A stretch of DNA of 47,295 nt, taken from contig CAJQLP010000065.1 of the NCBI GenBank assembly GCA_905479205.1, forward strand, positions 1 to 47,295. Direction: 5' to 3'. A program made the position numbers and the translations under genes. Shown piece by piece: positions 1 through 9,224 of the stretch. Positions within the stretch are counted from its first letter, which is position 1. Every line of letters starts with the position of its first letter. Under the pieces are notes generated by a model that was not told the origin of the DNA, did no database searches, and saw nothing but the letters and a program-made list of their open reading frames with translations. The stretch is from an uncultured Luminiphilus sp. (GTDB lineage: Bacteria; Pseudomonadota; Gammaproteobacteria; Pseudomonadales; Halieaceae).

Positions 1-1
1 C

Positions 2-667
2 GTGCGCCGGCATTCCGTTGACGAGCCACCCATTGCGTCCAGTGGCGACGGAGAACTCATTCAAGCTGCCATCGAGGGGCAACTGATAAGCACGTTGAGT
101 TTGCTCCATGGTGGAGAAATTTGCGCGACGACAGTCTATGAGGGCGAGGTATTCTCCGGGTCGGTCGCGGTTTGTTTTCGCCAGGTATCCAATGACGAAC
201 GTATACGGCAATGGATTCAATCCTTTTCTACGGATTTGACCTACACAGGATTCATTGCTTTCGATTTTATTGTCGATGAAGCAGGCACGCCTTGGGCGAT
301 TGAATGCAACCCGCGCTTGACCAGCGGCATTCATTTCCTCGACCCTAAAGCGCTGGGAGAATGGCTCAAGTTAGAAAACGCGGGACGTCTCACAGACAGC
401 ACTGATAGCAGCTGCCAACAGTGGGCTTACAGCACGTTGACTGAAGCCTACGCCCTGCTGTTCAAGGGCCAATTTAACGATTTCATTAAAAGTATAAAAC
501 TTCTATTTAGCGCGAAAGATGTGGTCTGGTCGTGGAAGGACCCCCTGCCATTCTTACTCATGACTCCCCTATCATGGCCCATACTCTGGCCAGCAATACG
601 CGAACGAATATCACTTGGCGAAGCGAGCCAACGCGATATAGCGCCTCACTGGCAACATAAAGACTGA
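2..667 (+). CDS. ATP-grasp domain protein, C-terminal part (5' end probably outside window)
   Basis: ATP-grasp signature GFIAFDFIVD...AIECNPRLTSG; frame is open from the window edge. Confidence 0.75.
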   Translation: MRRHSVDEPPIASSGDGELIQAAIEGQLISTLSLLHGGEICATTVYEGEVFSGSVAVCFRQVSNDERIRQWIQSFSTDLTYTGFIAFDFIVDEAGTPWAIECNPRLTSGIHFLDPKALGEWLKLENAGRLTDSTDSSCQQWAYSTLTEAYALLFKGQFNDFIKSIKLLFSAKDVVWSWKDPLPFLLMTPLSWPILWPAIRERISLGEASQRDIAPHWQHKD

Positions 668-670
668 CAG

Positions 671-2044
671 CTATCGCGAGCGACGCGTTGCCGCTTTGAG
701 GAAAATCTGTTTCGCAGGTCGCGTCGTTAATCGAGCTGCCGGCCGAACCGTTGCGTTATCGCTTCTTTGCACATCGAACCGTCTGACAACGCTCGCAATA
801 ATAAGTAGAGCCTCGATTTGAGCGAAACCCGCTCCAATGCACGTGTGAGGACCCTGACCAAACGGGATGTACGCCTCAGACGGAATACCCTCAGACCCCA
901 AGAATCGCTCGGGTCGAAACACATTGGGATCATCCCAGTAACGGGGATTACGATGCAACGTCCATGGTGAAATCATTACCAGCGCTCCACGCCGCACTTT
1001 ACGCGGTCCAACCTGAGTAGCCTTCATCGCCACGCGAGGTAAGAACGTGATGGGGGGATACAGACGCAGCGTCTCCTTGAAGAAAGCTTTTACCAAGGAC
1101 ATCTCTCGCAAGTGCTCGAGAGCAATTTCCTCGTCTCCGACAATGCGATCAATCTCCTCGCGTAAGCGACTCATCCATGAGGGCTGCTCCGCTAATATAA
1201 AGAACACCCAGGTCAGGGCGCTAGCACTGGTCTCATGGCCGGCTAAAAAGAAAACGCCGAGCTGGTCAATGAGTTCTTCTCGAGTAAATTGTTTGTCGGT
1301 GTGCTCGTCCTTGGCCGCGATGACTGCACTCGCAATATCATCGAACTGCGCGCCGGGGTCTAAATGCGAGTCAACCATAGTGCCTAAATGGTGACGAATA
1401 CGCTCACAGGCCGCCAACACCTCAGGTGGTTGTTCGAGCGTCGCCCACGCCGGCTTAACAATGAGGCGGAAGATATCTACCTGCGCAACTGACCGTTCGA
1501 ACTCGGTAAAATCCTCGAAAATCTCCGCGGATATTTTGCCGTCGAGGGGCACTGAAAACGTTGTTCGACAGATAACATCTGCCGTTAAGTGGCTCATCTC
1601 TAAATCAAGCGAAAAAGCCTCCTCGGTCGCTGCATAGGTATCTAACCTTGTCAGAAACGCCGCAACCGATTGCACCATTGACGGGTATGCGACGGCTACT
1701 CGAAGCTGACTAAACGCGGGGTCTATCATAGATCGCTGGCGACGCCACTTATCGCCGTCGGTAACGAAAATCGAGTCACCGATGAGAGGCTCGAGGGCAT
1801 TGACCTGCAAATCGCTTTTAGGAAATATCCCAAATTCGTCGCGCAAAATGGCATTGACCAGAGAGGGATCATTAAACATAACCGTTGAACGTCGTGAGTA
1901 CCCAAGATCTCCGACATCGAAGCTATAGGCATTGCCTGGCAGCAAATCCAGCAGATTCCCATCGCCATGCCAAAGCGCACGCAATAGTGCCAGCACCGCG
2001 GGCAGTGGCATTGGACGCGGCGGTATGTAATCCTTACTAGTCAC
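671..2044 (-). CDS. Cytochrome P450
   Basis: I-helix AGHETSA, K-helix ETLR, PERF, heme-thiolate FGQGPHTCIG. Start uncertain (GTG 2044 chosen; the ORF track begins at 2059). Confidence 0.93.
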   Translation of the reverse strand: MTSKDYIPPRPMPLPAVLALLRALWHGDGNLLDLLPGNAYSFDVGDLGYSRRSTVMFNDPSLVNAILRDEFGIFPKSDLQVNALEPLIGDSIFVTDGDKWRRQRSMIDPAFSQLRVAVAYPSMVQSVAAFLTRLDTYAATEEAFSLDLEMSHLTADVICRTTFSVPLDGKISAEIFEDFTEFERSVAQVDIFRLIVKPAWATLEQPPEVLAACERIRHHLGTMVDSHLDPGAQFDDIASAVIAAKDEHTDKQFTREELIDQLGVFFLAGHETSASALTWVFFILAEQPSWMSRLREEIDRIVGDEEIALEHLREMSLVKAFFKETLRLYPPITFLPRVAMKATQVGPRKVRRGALVMISPWTLHRNPRYWDDPNVFRPERFLGSEGIPSEAYIPFGQGPHTCIGAGFAQIEALLIIASVVRRFDVQRSDNATVRPAARLTTRPAKQIFLKAATRRSR

Positions 2045-2050
2045 ATTGAA

Positions 2051-2067
2051 TGTCAACAAAATTTACA
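2051..2067. promoter_or_regulatory. Imperfect PpsR-like box (TGTCAA-N5-TTTACA, one base short)
   Basis: TGTCAACAAAATTTACA between the divergent P450 and orf-crtD; half-sites identical to the acsF box but spacer is 5 rather than 6 bp. Confidence 0.45.
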
Positions 2068-2093
2068 CAGTGCAAGTATGGGAGTAACACAGC

Positions 2094-2840
2094 GTGCTGT
2101 CGAGCCTCACTCTATTTAAGCTCTTAGTGACCGGTCATATTGTCGGTGGTGCGATAGGCCTCGTCATTTTTTGGATTCCCATTGTTGGCGGTAAAGGCAG
2201 CCGAAATCATCGTCTCTGGGGGCATCGCTTTATTAATGTCATGCTCCTCACTGGCGTTCTGGCAGTAGGCATTGCACTAACGACGCTCGCGAACCCTACA
2301 ACAACGCACCCTCACCTAGAGAATCACGAAGTCTTCAAAGACCCACAAATGATCAAAGGCATCTTTGGGTGGATGATGCTTTATCTTGCAACACTGACCG
2401 TGAATCTAGCCTGGCAAGGTAAGCTGTGTTTGCACCATAAACGTGATCACAGCGGCAATCGGGCTTGGCACAACCTTGCTATCCAAGCGTTATTAGTAGC
2501 GGCGTCGAGTAGCTGTTTTTGGCACGGGATTCAACTGGGACAACCCATGATGATGGGTATCTCCATGGTAGGATTTGCCACGGTGGCGACCAACGTGTGG
2601 TTTATTTATAAGCCCAACCCCAAACCCACTGATCGCATCAAAGAGCATATTAAAAGTTTAGTGGGCGCCGGTATTTCAGTCTACACGGCCTTTTTCGCAT
2701 TCGGTGCTGTTCGCCTAGTGCCCGAGCTAGCGCTTGCGCCAGGCCTGTGGGCTGTACCCCTTGTGACGGGCCTCACTTTGATCATTTACCACCAGCGCGC
2801 AGTTACCCGGCGAGTGGCTAGCAGCGCAGCAACATCATGA
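2094..2840 (+). CDS. Multi-pass His-rich membrane protein (DUF2306-like)
   Basis: About 6-7 hydrophobic segments; H..GG.....KG...HR.WG and H....G....TAF patterns; GGAG RBS at 2081; ATGA overlap with crtD. Confidence 0.7.
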   Translation: MLSSLTLFKLLVTGHIVGGAIGLVIFWIPIVGGKGSRNHRLWGHRFINVMLLTGVLAVGIALTTLANPTTTHPHLENHEVFKDPQMIKGIFGWMMLYLATLTVNLAWQGKLCLHHKRDHSGNRAWHNLAIQALLVAASSSCFWHGIQLGQPMMMGISMVGFATVATNVWFIYKPNPKPTDRIKEHIKSLVGAGISVYTAFFAFGAVRLVPELALAPGLWAVPLVTGLTLIIYHQRAVTRRVASSAATS

Positions 2841-4330
2841 CACAAGGTCGCACCGCAATTGTAGTGGGCGCAGGCGCCGGCGGCCTGGCCACAGCGGTGG
2901 ACTTGGCTGTTGCCAACTGGGACGTCACGGTTATCGAGGCGTCCTCCCACGCAGGCGGTAAAATGCGCCAAGTCAACGACGGTCAGAATGCAATTGATGC
3001 TGGACCTACTGTCTTCACAATGCGCTGGGTTTTTGAGCAATTGTTTGCCAACGCTAACGGCTCATTTGACACCGCCCTGGAGGCAGTTCCCGCACAAATT
3101 TTGGCGCGCCATGGCTGGAGCGATGGCAGCCAGCTAGATTTATATACAGACCACACTGCCAGCCGTGCTGCCATCGCTGCCTTCGCGAGTGAGGCCGATG
3201 CGAGTGGCTTCGATAGCTTCTGCCAGCGGGCCGAGAGTAACTATCGAGTACTGCGCGACAGTTTTATGGCAGCCCAGCAACCCTCTATGCTGAGCCTGCC
3301 CGGGCGGGTGGGACTGCGCCAATTGCCCGATCTCATTGCCACTCGACCCGACACAACGCTATGGCGCGCACTTGATCGATATTTTAGCGATCCAAGGCTG
3401 AAACAATTATTCGGTCGCTACGCAACCTACGTTGGCTCCTCACCCATGTTGTGCCCCGCAACACTCATGCTTATCGCTCATGTTGAACAAGAGGGTGTTT
3501 GGCAGTTGCCAGGTGGAATGCAGTCTCTTGCCGACGCTATGGTGTCACTAGGTAGGCGTTGCAACGTTGATTACCGCTTTGACACTCAGGTCACTAGTAT
3601 TGATACCCAATCTGGCAGTATCAGCGGCGTTACTCTCAATACCAGCGAGCAGCTCAAGGCGGATGTCGTCGTTTTCGCCGGCGACTGTAATGCAGTGGCC
3701 GAAGGGCTACTGGGCGAATCAATTAAAGCTAGCGTCAAACCACGACAGGTAACACAACGTGGTTTATCGGCGGTTACGTGGTGTCTTACCACGGAAACGG
3801 AAGGATTCGATCTCGAGTATCACAACGTATTTTTCGACGAGAACTACCCGAGCGAGTTCGACGCGATATTCACCGAACAAAGCATTACTCAGCGACCGAC
3901 TGTTTATGTCTGTGCGCAGGATCGTGTTGACGGGCATAAACCAACGGGGCCAGAGCGACTGCTCATATTGATCAACGCGCCGGCTATTGGTGACACCGCC
4001 ACGCCTTCAGATTTTGATCACAGCGCCTTGTGGCAAGCTGCCACTGCCGTCATGGCCCGGAGTGGGTGTCGAGTAACAGCATCTGAGATGCCGGCTGTGG
4101 TCACCGATCCAATCGGATTTCACGCGCTTTTCCCAGGCAGCGCGGGCTCGCTTTACGGCGGATCTTCACACGGGATGTTAGCGAGCTTTACTCGCGCGAG
4201 TGCGCGCACGAAACAACGAGGGCTTTACTTGGCAGGGGGCACGGTGCATCCCGGCCCCGGTGTTCCCATGGCGACACTGTCAGGCAGGCTTGCCGCAGAA
4301 GCCATAATTCAGGATTATGCCGGCAAATAG
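2837..4330 (+). CDS. crtD: 1-hydroxycarotenoid 3,4-desaturase
   Basis: FAD motif GAGAGG, DAGPTVFTMRWVF, GRYATYVGSSP, GGTVHPGPGVPMATLSG. Confidence 0.93.
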   Translation: MTQGRTAIVVGAGAGGLATAVDLAVANWDVTVIEASSHAGGKMRQVNDGQNAIDAGPTVFTMRWVFEQLFANANGSFDTALEAVPAQILARHGWSDGSQLDLYTDHTASRAAIAAFASEADASGFDSFCQRAESNYRVLRDSFMAAQQPSMLSLPGRVGLRQLPDLIATRPDTTLWRALDRYFSDPRLKQLFGRYATYVGSSPMLCPATLMLIAHVEQEGVWQLPGGMQSLADAMVSLGRRCNVDYRFDTQVTSIDTQSGSISGVTLNTSEQLKADVVVFAGDCNAVAEGLLGESIKASVKPRQVTQRGLSAVTWCLTTETEGFDLEYHNVFFDENYPSEFDAIFTEQSITQRPTVYVCAQDRVDGHKPTGPERLLILINAPAIGDTATPSDFDHSALWQAATAVMARSGCRVTASEMPAVVTDPIGFHALFPGSAGSLYGGSSHGMLASFTRASARTKQRGLYLAGGTVHPGPGVPMATLSGRLAAEAIIQDYAGK

Positions 4331-4357
4331 ACGGCCTACCTCTAGCCAATATTTACT

Positions 4358-4390
4358 CAACAGTCACGCAACAGTCACGCAACAGTCACT
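4358..4390. repeat. 11-bp tandem repeat x3 (CAACAGTCACG)
   Basis: CAACAGTCACG CAACAGTCACG CAACAGTCACT; the third copy contains the hydrolase stop codon. Confidence 0.9.
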
Positions 4391-5285
4391 CAGCAATAGT
4401 CGACCAAAAATGGGTCATAGCGTCCAATGTTTTTTGACGCTGCTCCCAATGAGGCAGGCCTTTTGTCGGGGCAATGCGCGTTGCCTGAGCAAGACTGTTG
4501 CGCGCCAATAGCTCGGGCAGGCGATCAAAATCAATGTTTGGATCTTCGTCATAAATTACTAAGGTCGGTGTCGTCAACTGACTGTACAAACTGTCTAAAG
4601 CGCCCGCGCTGAAGAGGCGCATCGATAAAAACGCAAACGGCGCATAGCGCGCTCCGGGCAATCGAGCGGTCTGCTGAGCATAGGCAACCACTTCTTTCGG
4701 TGCCTCATGGGTAAACGCCTTATTCAAAAAATAACGAATCGATCCACGAGTCGTCAGCAGGCGATAAAGCGCGCGACCCAGAAAAGGTGTTCCAGTCACA
4801 GCATTGACTCGATCGCTAAAATTTGGACCGGGCGGTGCTCGACGACTCAAACCCGTGGGCGAAATAAAAATCAAACTGTGACAGGGCGCATCTAGTTCAA
4901 CAACAGCTCGAGCTGCGAACTCAGACGATAAAGAAAGCGCAACAACATCCGGAGCTTGCCCGTGTTCGCGCGTTACATCCCGCAGTAGTTCATTAATAGC
5001 ATTACTGAAAAAGGCTGCGGTGTACGCTATCGGCTTCCTAGGTGACAAGCCGAAACCTGGCAGATCAGGCGCGTAGCATGGCCTGCGCGTGCGAAAACTT
5101 TCAAAAAGAGGTTTCATTTCCATCGCACTGGGAGCCGCATTGATACTGTGGACCAACACCAGGGGGCGACCCGCCTGACTCTTGTCAGCATAAACAATCA
5201 TTGTCTCGCCGCCTTGGAGAGTGTGCGTTTGCGTATCACAGGCAATCGCCTTGATAAGCCTATCAGTTGACTCTACGGATGACAT
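4386..5285 (-). CDS. Alpha/beta hydrolase fold protein with atypical nucleophile elbow
   Basis: LVLVHSINAA, YAPDLPGFGLS, VALSLS, GLPHWE; probable ATG at 5285. Confidence 0.82.
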   Translation of the reverse strand: MSSVESTDRLIKAIACDTQTHTLQGGETMIVYADKSQAGRPLVLVHSINAAPSAMEMKPLFESFRTRRPCYAPDLPGFGLSPRKPIAYTAAFFSNAINELLRDVTREHGQAPDVVALSLSSEFAARAVVELDAPCHSLIFISPTGLSRRAPPGPNFSDRVNAVTGTPFLGRALYRLLTTRGSIRYFLNKAFTHEAPKEVVAYAQQTARLPGARYAPFAFLSMRLFSAGALDSLYSQLTTPTLVIYDEDPNIDFDRLPELLARNSLAQATRIAPTKGLPHWEQRQKTLDAMTHFWSTIAE

Positions 5286-5429
5286 AGAAGGCCCTACTCT
5301 CAGTTGATGCTGAAGAACAGATGAGGGAACGCGTCGCCCTCTCACTAATTTGCCCACTCACTAACGACCTGCGCGTGTCGCACCTACCTGTCTTGGGGGT
5401 TGCCACACAGTACTGCGCCGAGAAAAACC

Positions 5430-5472
5430 TGTCTATAAAATGTAACGGAAATTATGTTCTTCTTGGTTTACA
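5430..5472. promoter_or_regulatory. Tandem PpsR boxes upstream of bchI
   Basis: TGTCTA-N6-GTAACG (5430-5447), 7 bp gap, TGTTCT-N6-TTTACA (5455-5472). Confidence 0.7.
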
Positions 5473-5502
5473 CTTGGCACATTATATTTGGGGACACGCT
5501 CT

Positions 5503-6528
5503 ATGAGTACTGCATTTCCGTTTACCGCCATCGTAGGACAAGATGCCATGAAGCAGGCACTACTGGTGGCCGCCGTCGACCAAGAAGTCGGTGGCGTCTT
5601 GGTCATGGGCGACCGAGGTACAGGTAAATCCACGGCGATTCGAGCGCTCGCAGCGCTGCTACCTGAAATCGAAATTATGAGCGGCTGCGCTTACAACTGC
5701 TCACCCACCACCAAACCCGTCGGATTATGCGAAGCGTGCCGAAGCGACAGCCCACGCGCAAATTCCAAACCCAAGAAAATTACGATACCCGTGGTCGATC
5801 TGCCACTGGGTGCCACAGAAGATCGTGTTATCGGCTCATTGGATATCGAAAAAGCACTGCACTCGGGTGAAAAAGCATTTGAAGCAGGCCTACTCGCTAG
5901 AGCCCATCGAGGCTTTTTATATATCGACGAAGTGAATTTACTTGAAGACCATATTGTCGATGCGTTACTCGACGTCGCGGCTTCGGGGGAAAACGTCGTC
6001 GAGCGTGAAGGCTTAAGCGTACGCCACCCAGCGCGCTTTGTACTGGTCGGCAGTGGCAATCCAGAAGAAGGCGAACTGCGCCCACAGCTACTCGATAGAT
6101 TCGGCTTGTCCGTTGAGGTCAGCACCCCCCAGGACATTAAGAGTCGCGTTGAGATTATTCGTCAACGCGACTTATTTGAACGCGACCGAGAGGCCTTCGT
6201 AAAAAAAGCGCGTCGCAAAGAAACCGCTCTGCGCAAGAAAATTGAAGCCGCGCGCGCGCGGGTTGTCGACATAGAAACGCCTATCGCAATACTTGAAAAA
6301 GCCGCTGAACTTTGCCTGGCATTAGGCACTGATGGTTTGCGTGGCGAACTGACGCTGATCCGTGCCTCACGCTCCCTCGCAGCACTCGAAGGCGCAAGTG
6401 AAATTGACCTTGACCATTTACGCCATGTGGCACCCATGGTGCTTTGTCATCGACTCCGCCGAGATCCACTCGACGAATCAGGCAGCCATGTTCGCGTTGC
6501 ACGCATGATCAGTGAAGTACTTGGCTAA
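5503..6528 (+). CDS. bchI: Magnesium chelatase ATPase subunit I
   Basis: FPFTAIVGQ, Walker A GDRGTGKS, YIDEVNLL, GNPEEGELRPQLLDRFG. Confidence 0.97.
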   Translation: MSTAFPFTAIVGQDAMKQALLVAAVDQEVGGVLVMGDRGTGKSTAIRALAALLPEIEIMSGCAYNCSPTTKPVGLCEACRSDSPRANSKPKKITIPVVDLPLGATEDRVIGSLDIEKALHSGEKAFEAGLLARAHRGFLYIDEVNLLEDHIVDALLDVAASGENVVEREGLSVRHPARFVLVGSGNPEEGELRPQLLDRFGLSVEVSTPQDIKSRVEIIRQRDLFERDREAFVKKARRKETALRKKIEAARARVVDIETPIAILEKAAELCLALGTDGLRGELTLIRASRSLAALEGASEIDLDHLRHVAPMVLCHRLRRDPLDESGSHVRVARMISEVLG

Positions 6529-8288
6529 TGAATGGCTCCAAGAACTGGGAACTCGCGCAGCTCGCTGCCGCAGTGTTTGCCATCAATCCACACCGCCTTG
6601 GAGGCGTTGATGTCAAAGCATTTCCTGGCCCAGTACGCGACACTTGGATCGCCGAATGTAGCGCCCTCTTAAACGATACTCGAGCACGAAAAGTCCCGGT
6701 CAATGTAAGCGAGGCGCGTCTACTTGGCGGATTAAATTTTATGGCAACCGCAAAAGCGGGAAAGCCCGTTATGGAACAGGGCTTGCTGAGCGAGTGCCAT
6801 AATCAGGTTCTGCTCATGCCCATGGCTGAGCGCGCTGAGCGTCGGGTGATTGCGCACATCAGTCAGGCACTCGACAGCGGCACACTACACATCCAGCGCG
6901 ATGGCTTCGCAGCTACATTACCGGCGGCCTTCGGTGTTTTGGCCCTCAACGAGGGTATCGATGATGAGGCGCTCAACGAATCGTTGAGTGAACGGCTCGC
7001 ATTTCAGATTAATTTGTATGATCTCGCCGTAAGCGAACTGAGTCACACACCTTTCAGCCCCGCCGACATCGTAGCCGCGCGACACAGACTACATACAGTG
7101 TCACTCTCTGATACCTTGCTCACACAGCTCGTTACTGCCGCCGCGGCGCTAGGCGTTCAATCAAGTCGCGCAACATTATTTGCTCTCGAAACCGTTCGAG
7201 CACTCGCCGCCCTGAACGGTCGCAAACAAGTAACCGACGATGACGTGGGGGACGCTATAGCGCTAACTCTGGGGCACAGAGCCACGCAACTACCTGCTCC
7301 ACCGCAAAATAACGATACAGAGCCCGCCCCAACACCAGAAATGAGCGACGATAATCGCGATCACACCGAACAGGGCGAAGCTCAGGATCAACGTCAACAA
7401 ACGGACCGCCCTCCCGCCGAACAACTGCTTGAAGCAGCTCAAGCGGCAATACCTGCCGATCTTTTACGTAAGCTCAGCAGCCAGCATAACGGGCGCAAGA
7501 ATAATCGCTCCGTCGGGAAGTCAGGTGCTGAGCAGCTCTGCTTAAAGCGCGGTCGACCGTGCGGCACAATAGCCGGTGATCCTCGACGCGGAGGCAAGCT
7601 TCAATTGATCGCCACGCTTCGAGCGGCAGCTCCATGGCAAGCCCTTCGTAATCGAGAGAGGACGGATAACGACCAGCGCGCGCCGATCGATATCCGCAAG
7701 CAAGACCTTAGACTAACGCGCTATCGGCATCGTAGCGAGAGCACCACTGTATTCGTTGTCGACGCCTCGGGCTCAGCCGCCATGCATCGGCTGGCGGAAG
7801 TTAAAGGTGCCGTAGAATTATTACTGGCCGATTGTTACAGCCGTCGCGACAGCGTAGCCTTGATTAGTTTTAGGGGTGACAAAGCAGAGCTCTTGCTGTC
7901 GCCGACTCGCTCTCTGGTCAGAGCTAAGCGCGCACTCGCGGGCCTTCCCGGTGGCGGCGGAACACCGCTTGCTCATGCTATAGATACAGCGACGCTTCTT
8001 GCAGAGCAGATTCAACGTGCTGGCGGCACACCTAACATTGTGTTACTGACCGACGGCATTGCTAATATCGATCGTATCGGGGTGCCTGGCAGAGCCAAGG
8101 CACGCGAAGATGCCCTTGCCAGCGCGCGGAAATTTCGGGCACGCTCAGTTAACAGTATTCTCATCGATACGTCACCACGGGGGCAGACCCAAGCTCATCA
8201 GCTTGCACAAGAATTAGCCTCTCAATACCTGCCCTTACCCCATGCGAACGCGCACACACTCTTCGATGCCGTTAGAGTGAGCCTCTAG
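6528..8288 (+). CDS. bchD: Magnesium chelatase subunit D
   Basis: AAA-like N-terminus, Pro/acidic linker, vWA MIDAS VVDASGS, GLPGGGGTPLA. Confidence 0.96.
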   Translation: MNGSKNWELAQLAAAVFAINPHRLGGVDVKAFPGPVRDTWIAECSALLNDTRARKVPVNVSEARLLGGLNFMATAKAGKPVMEQGLLSECHNQVLLMPMAERAERRVIAHISQALDSGTLHIQRDGFAATLPAAFGVLALNEGIDDEALNESLSERLAFQINLYDLAVSELSHTPFSPADIVAARHRLHTVSLSDTLLTQLVTAAAALGVQSSRATLFALETVRALAALNGRKQVTDDDVGDAIALTLGHRATQLPAPPQNNDTEPAPTPEMSDDNRDHTEQGEAQDQRQQTDRPPAEQLLEAAQAAIPADLLRKLSSQHNGRKNNRSVGKSGAEQLCLKRGRPCGTIAGDPRRGGKLQLIATLRAAAPWQALRNRERTDNDQRAPIDIRKQDLRLTRYRHRSESTTVFVVDASGSAAMHRLAEVKGAVELLLADCYSRRDSVALISFRGDKAELLLSPTRSLVRAKRALAGLPGGGGTPLAHAIDTATLLAEQIQRAGGTPNIVLLTDGIANIDRIGVPGRAKAREDALASARKFRARSVNSILIDTSPRGQTQAHQLAQELASQYLPLPHANAHTLFDAVRVSL

Positions 8289-8292
8289 GCCA

Positions 8293-9153
8293 ATGACACA
8301 AACTAAACCGCCCGCCGACTGGCCATTAGCTGAATATAATGAACACTGTCACGCAGCCGGTATGGACTGGCGGGTGACGCGCATCGGCACAGGCCCACCC
8401 TTGTTATTGCTGCATGGAACAGGCGCATCCAGTCACTCGTGGATACCCGTAGCGCTCCATCTGATGGACGACTTTGAGTGCATTATTCCTGATCTGCCCG
8501 GACATGGATTTAGTGATCCGCTTCCCAAACGGACCGTCACACTACCCGCTATATCGCGCGCATTAATCGTGTTAATGGATACCTTAGGGGTTGCACCAGT
8601 ATTGATTGCGGGGCACTCCGCAGGGTCGGCAATTGCCGTTCAAATGGCGCTCGACTCTGTACGGCCACCCAAACGTATTTTTAGCGTTAATGGCGCGTTT
8701 CTACCTTTTGGTTCCGTGGCAGCTCCACTCTTCAGTAAAGCCGCTGGATGGTTATCGCGCGCGCAGTTCTTCCAACTGGCGACTGCGCTGCATGGCTATT
8801 TTCGCCGACCAATTCGCAAACTACTGGAAGAGACAGGCTCCGTCCCCAACAAAGACATGCTCTATGCCTATCAAACCCTTCTACGTCGACCTCAACATAT
8901 TCGCGGCACCTTACAAATGATGGCGGGCTGGGATCTTGAGCCCTTAAAATCAGGTCTCACCGGCCTTAGGCTTCCGATTGACCTCGTAGCGTGCCTCAAC
9001 GATAAAACAGTCTCCCCCTGGCAATCGACGCGCTTATCTGAGCTTGTGAGTCAATCGCAGCTCATCGAAATACCCGAGCTGGGACACCTGGGACACGAGG
9101 AAGCACCAGAACTATTCGCCAGCCTCATTCGCAAGGCTTTAGAGTCCGACTAA
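8293..9153 (+). CDS. bchO: BchO alpha/beta hydrolase (Mg-chelatase-associated)
   Basis: LLHGTGASSHSW, GHSAG, GHLGHEE; follows bchID. Confidence 0.9.
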   Translation: MTQTKPPADWPLAEYNEHCHAAGMDWRVTRIGTGPPLLLLHGTGASSHSWIPVALHLMDDFECIIPDLPGHGFSDPLPKRTVTLPAISRALIVLMDTLGVAPVLIAGHSAGSAIAVQMALDSVRPPKRIFSVNGAFLPFGSVAAPLFSKAAGWLSRAQFFQLATALHGYFRRPIRKLLEETGSVPNKDMLYAYQTLLRRPQHIRGTLQMMAGWDLEPLKSGLTGLRLPIDLVACLNDKTVSPWQSTRLSELVSQSQLIEIPELGHLGHEEAPELFASLIRKALESD

Positions 9154-9163
9154 CCTCGAGTAG

Positions 9164-9206
9164 TGTCAAATCAATTTGACTGCTATGATGTCCATCTAGG
9201 CGGACA
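9164..9206. promoter_or_regulatory. Tandem PpsR boxes upstream of crtI
   Basis: TGTCAA-N6-TTGACT (9164-9181), 7 bp gap, TGTCCA-N6-CGGACA (9189-9206). Confidence 0.8.
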
Positions 9207-9224
9207 GTCGGAGCGTCGTTTTTT

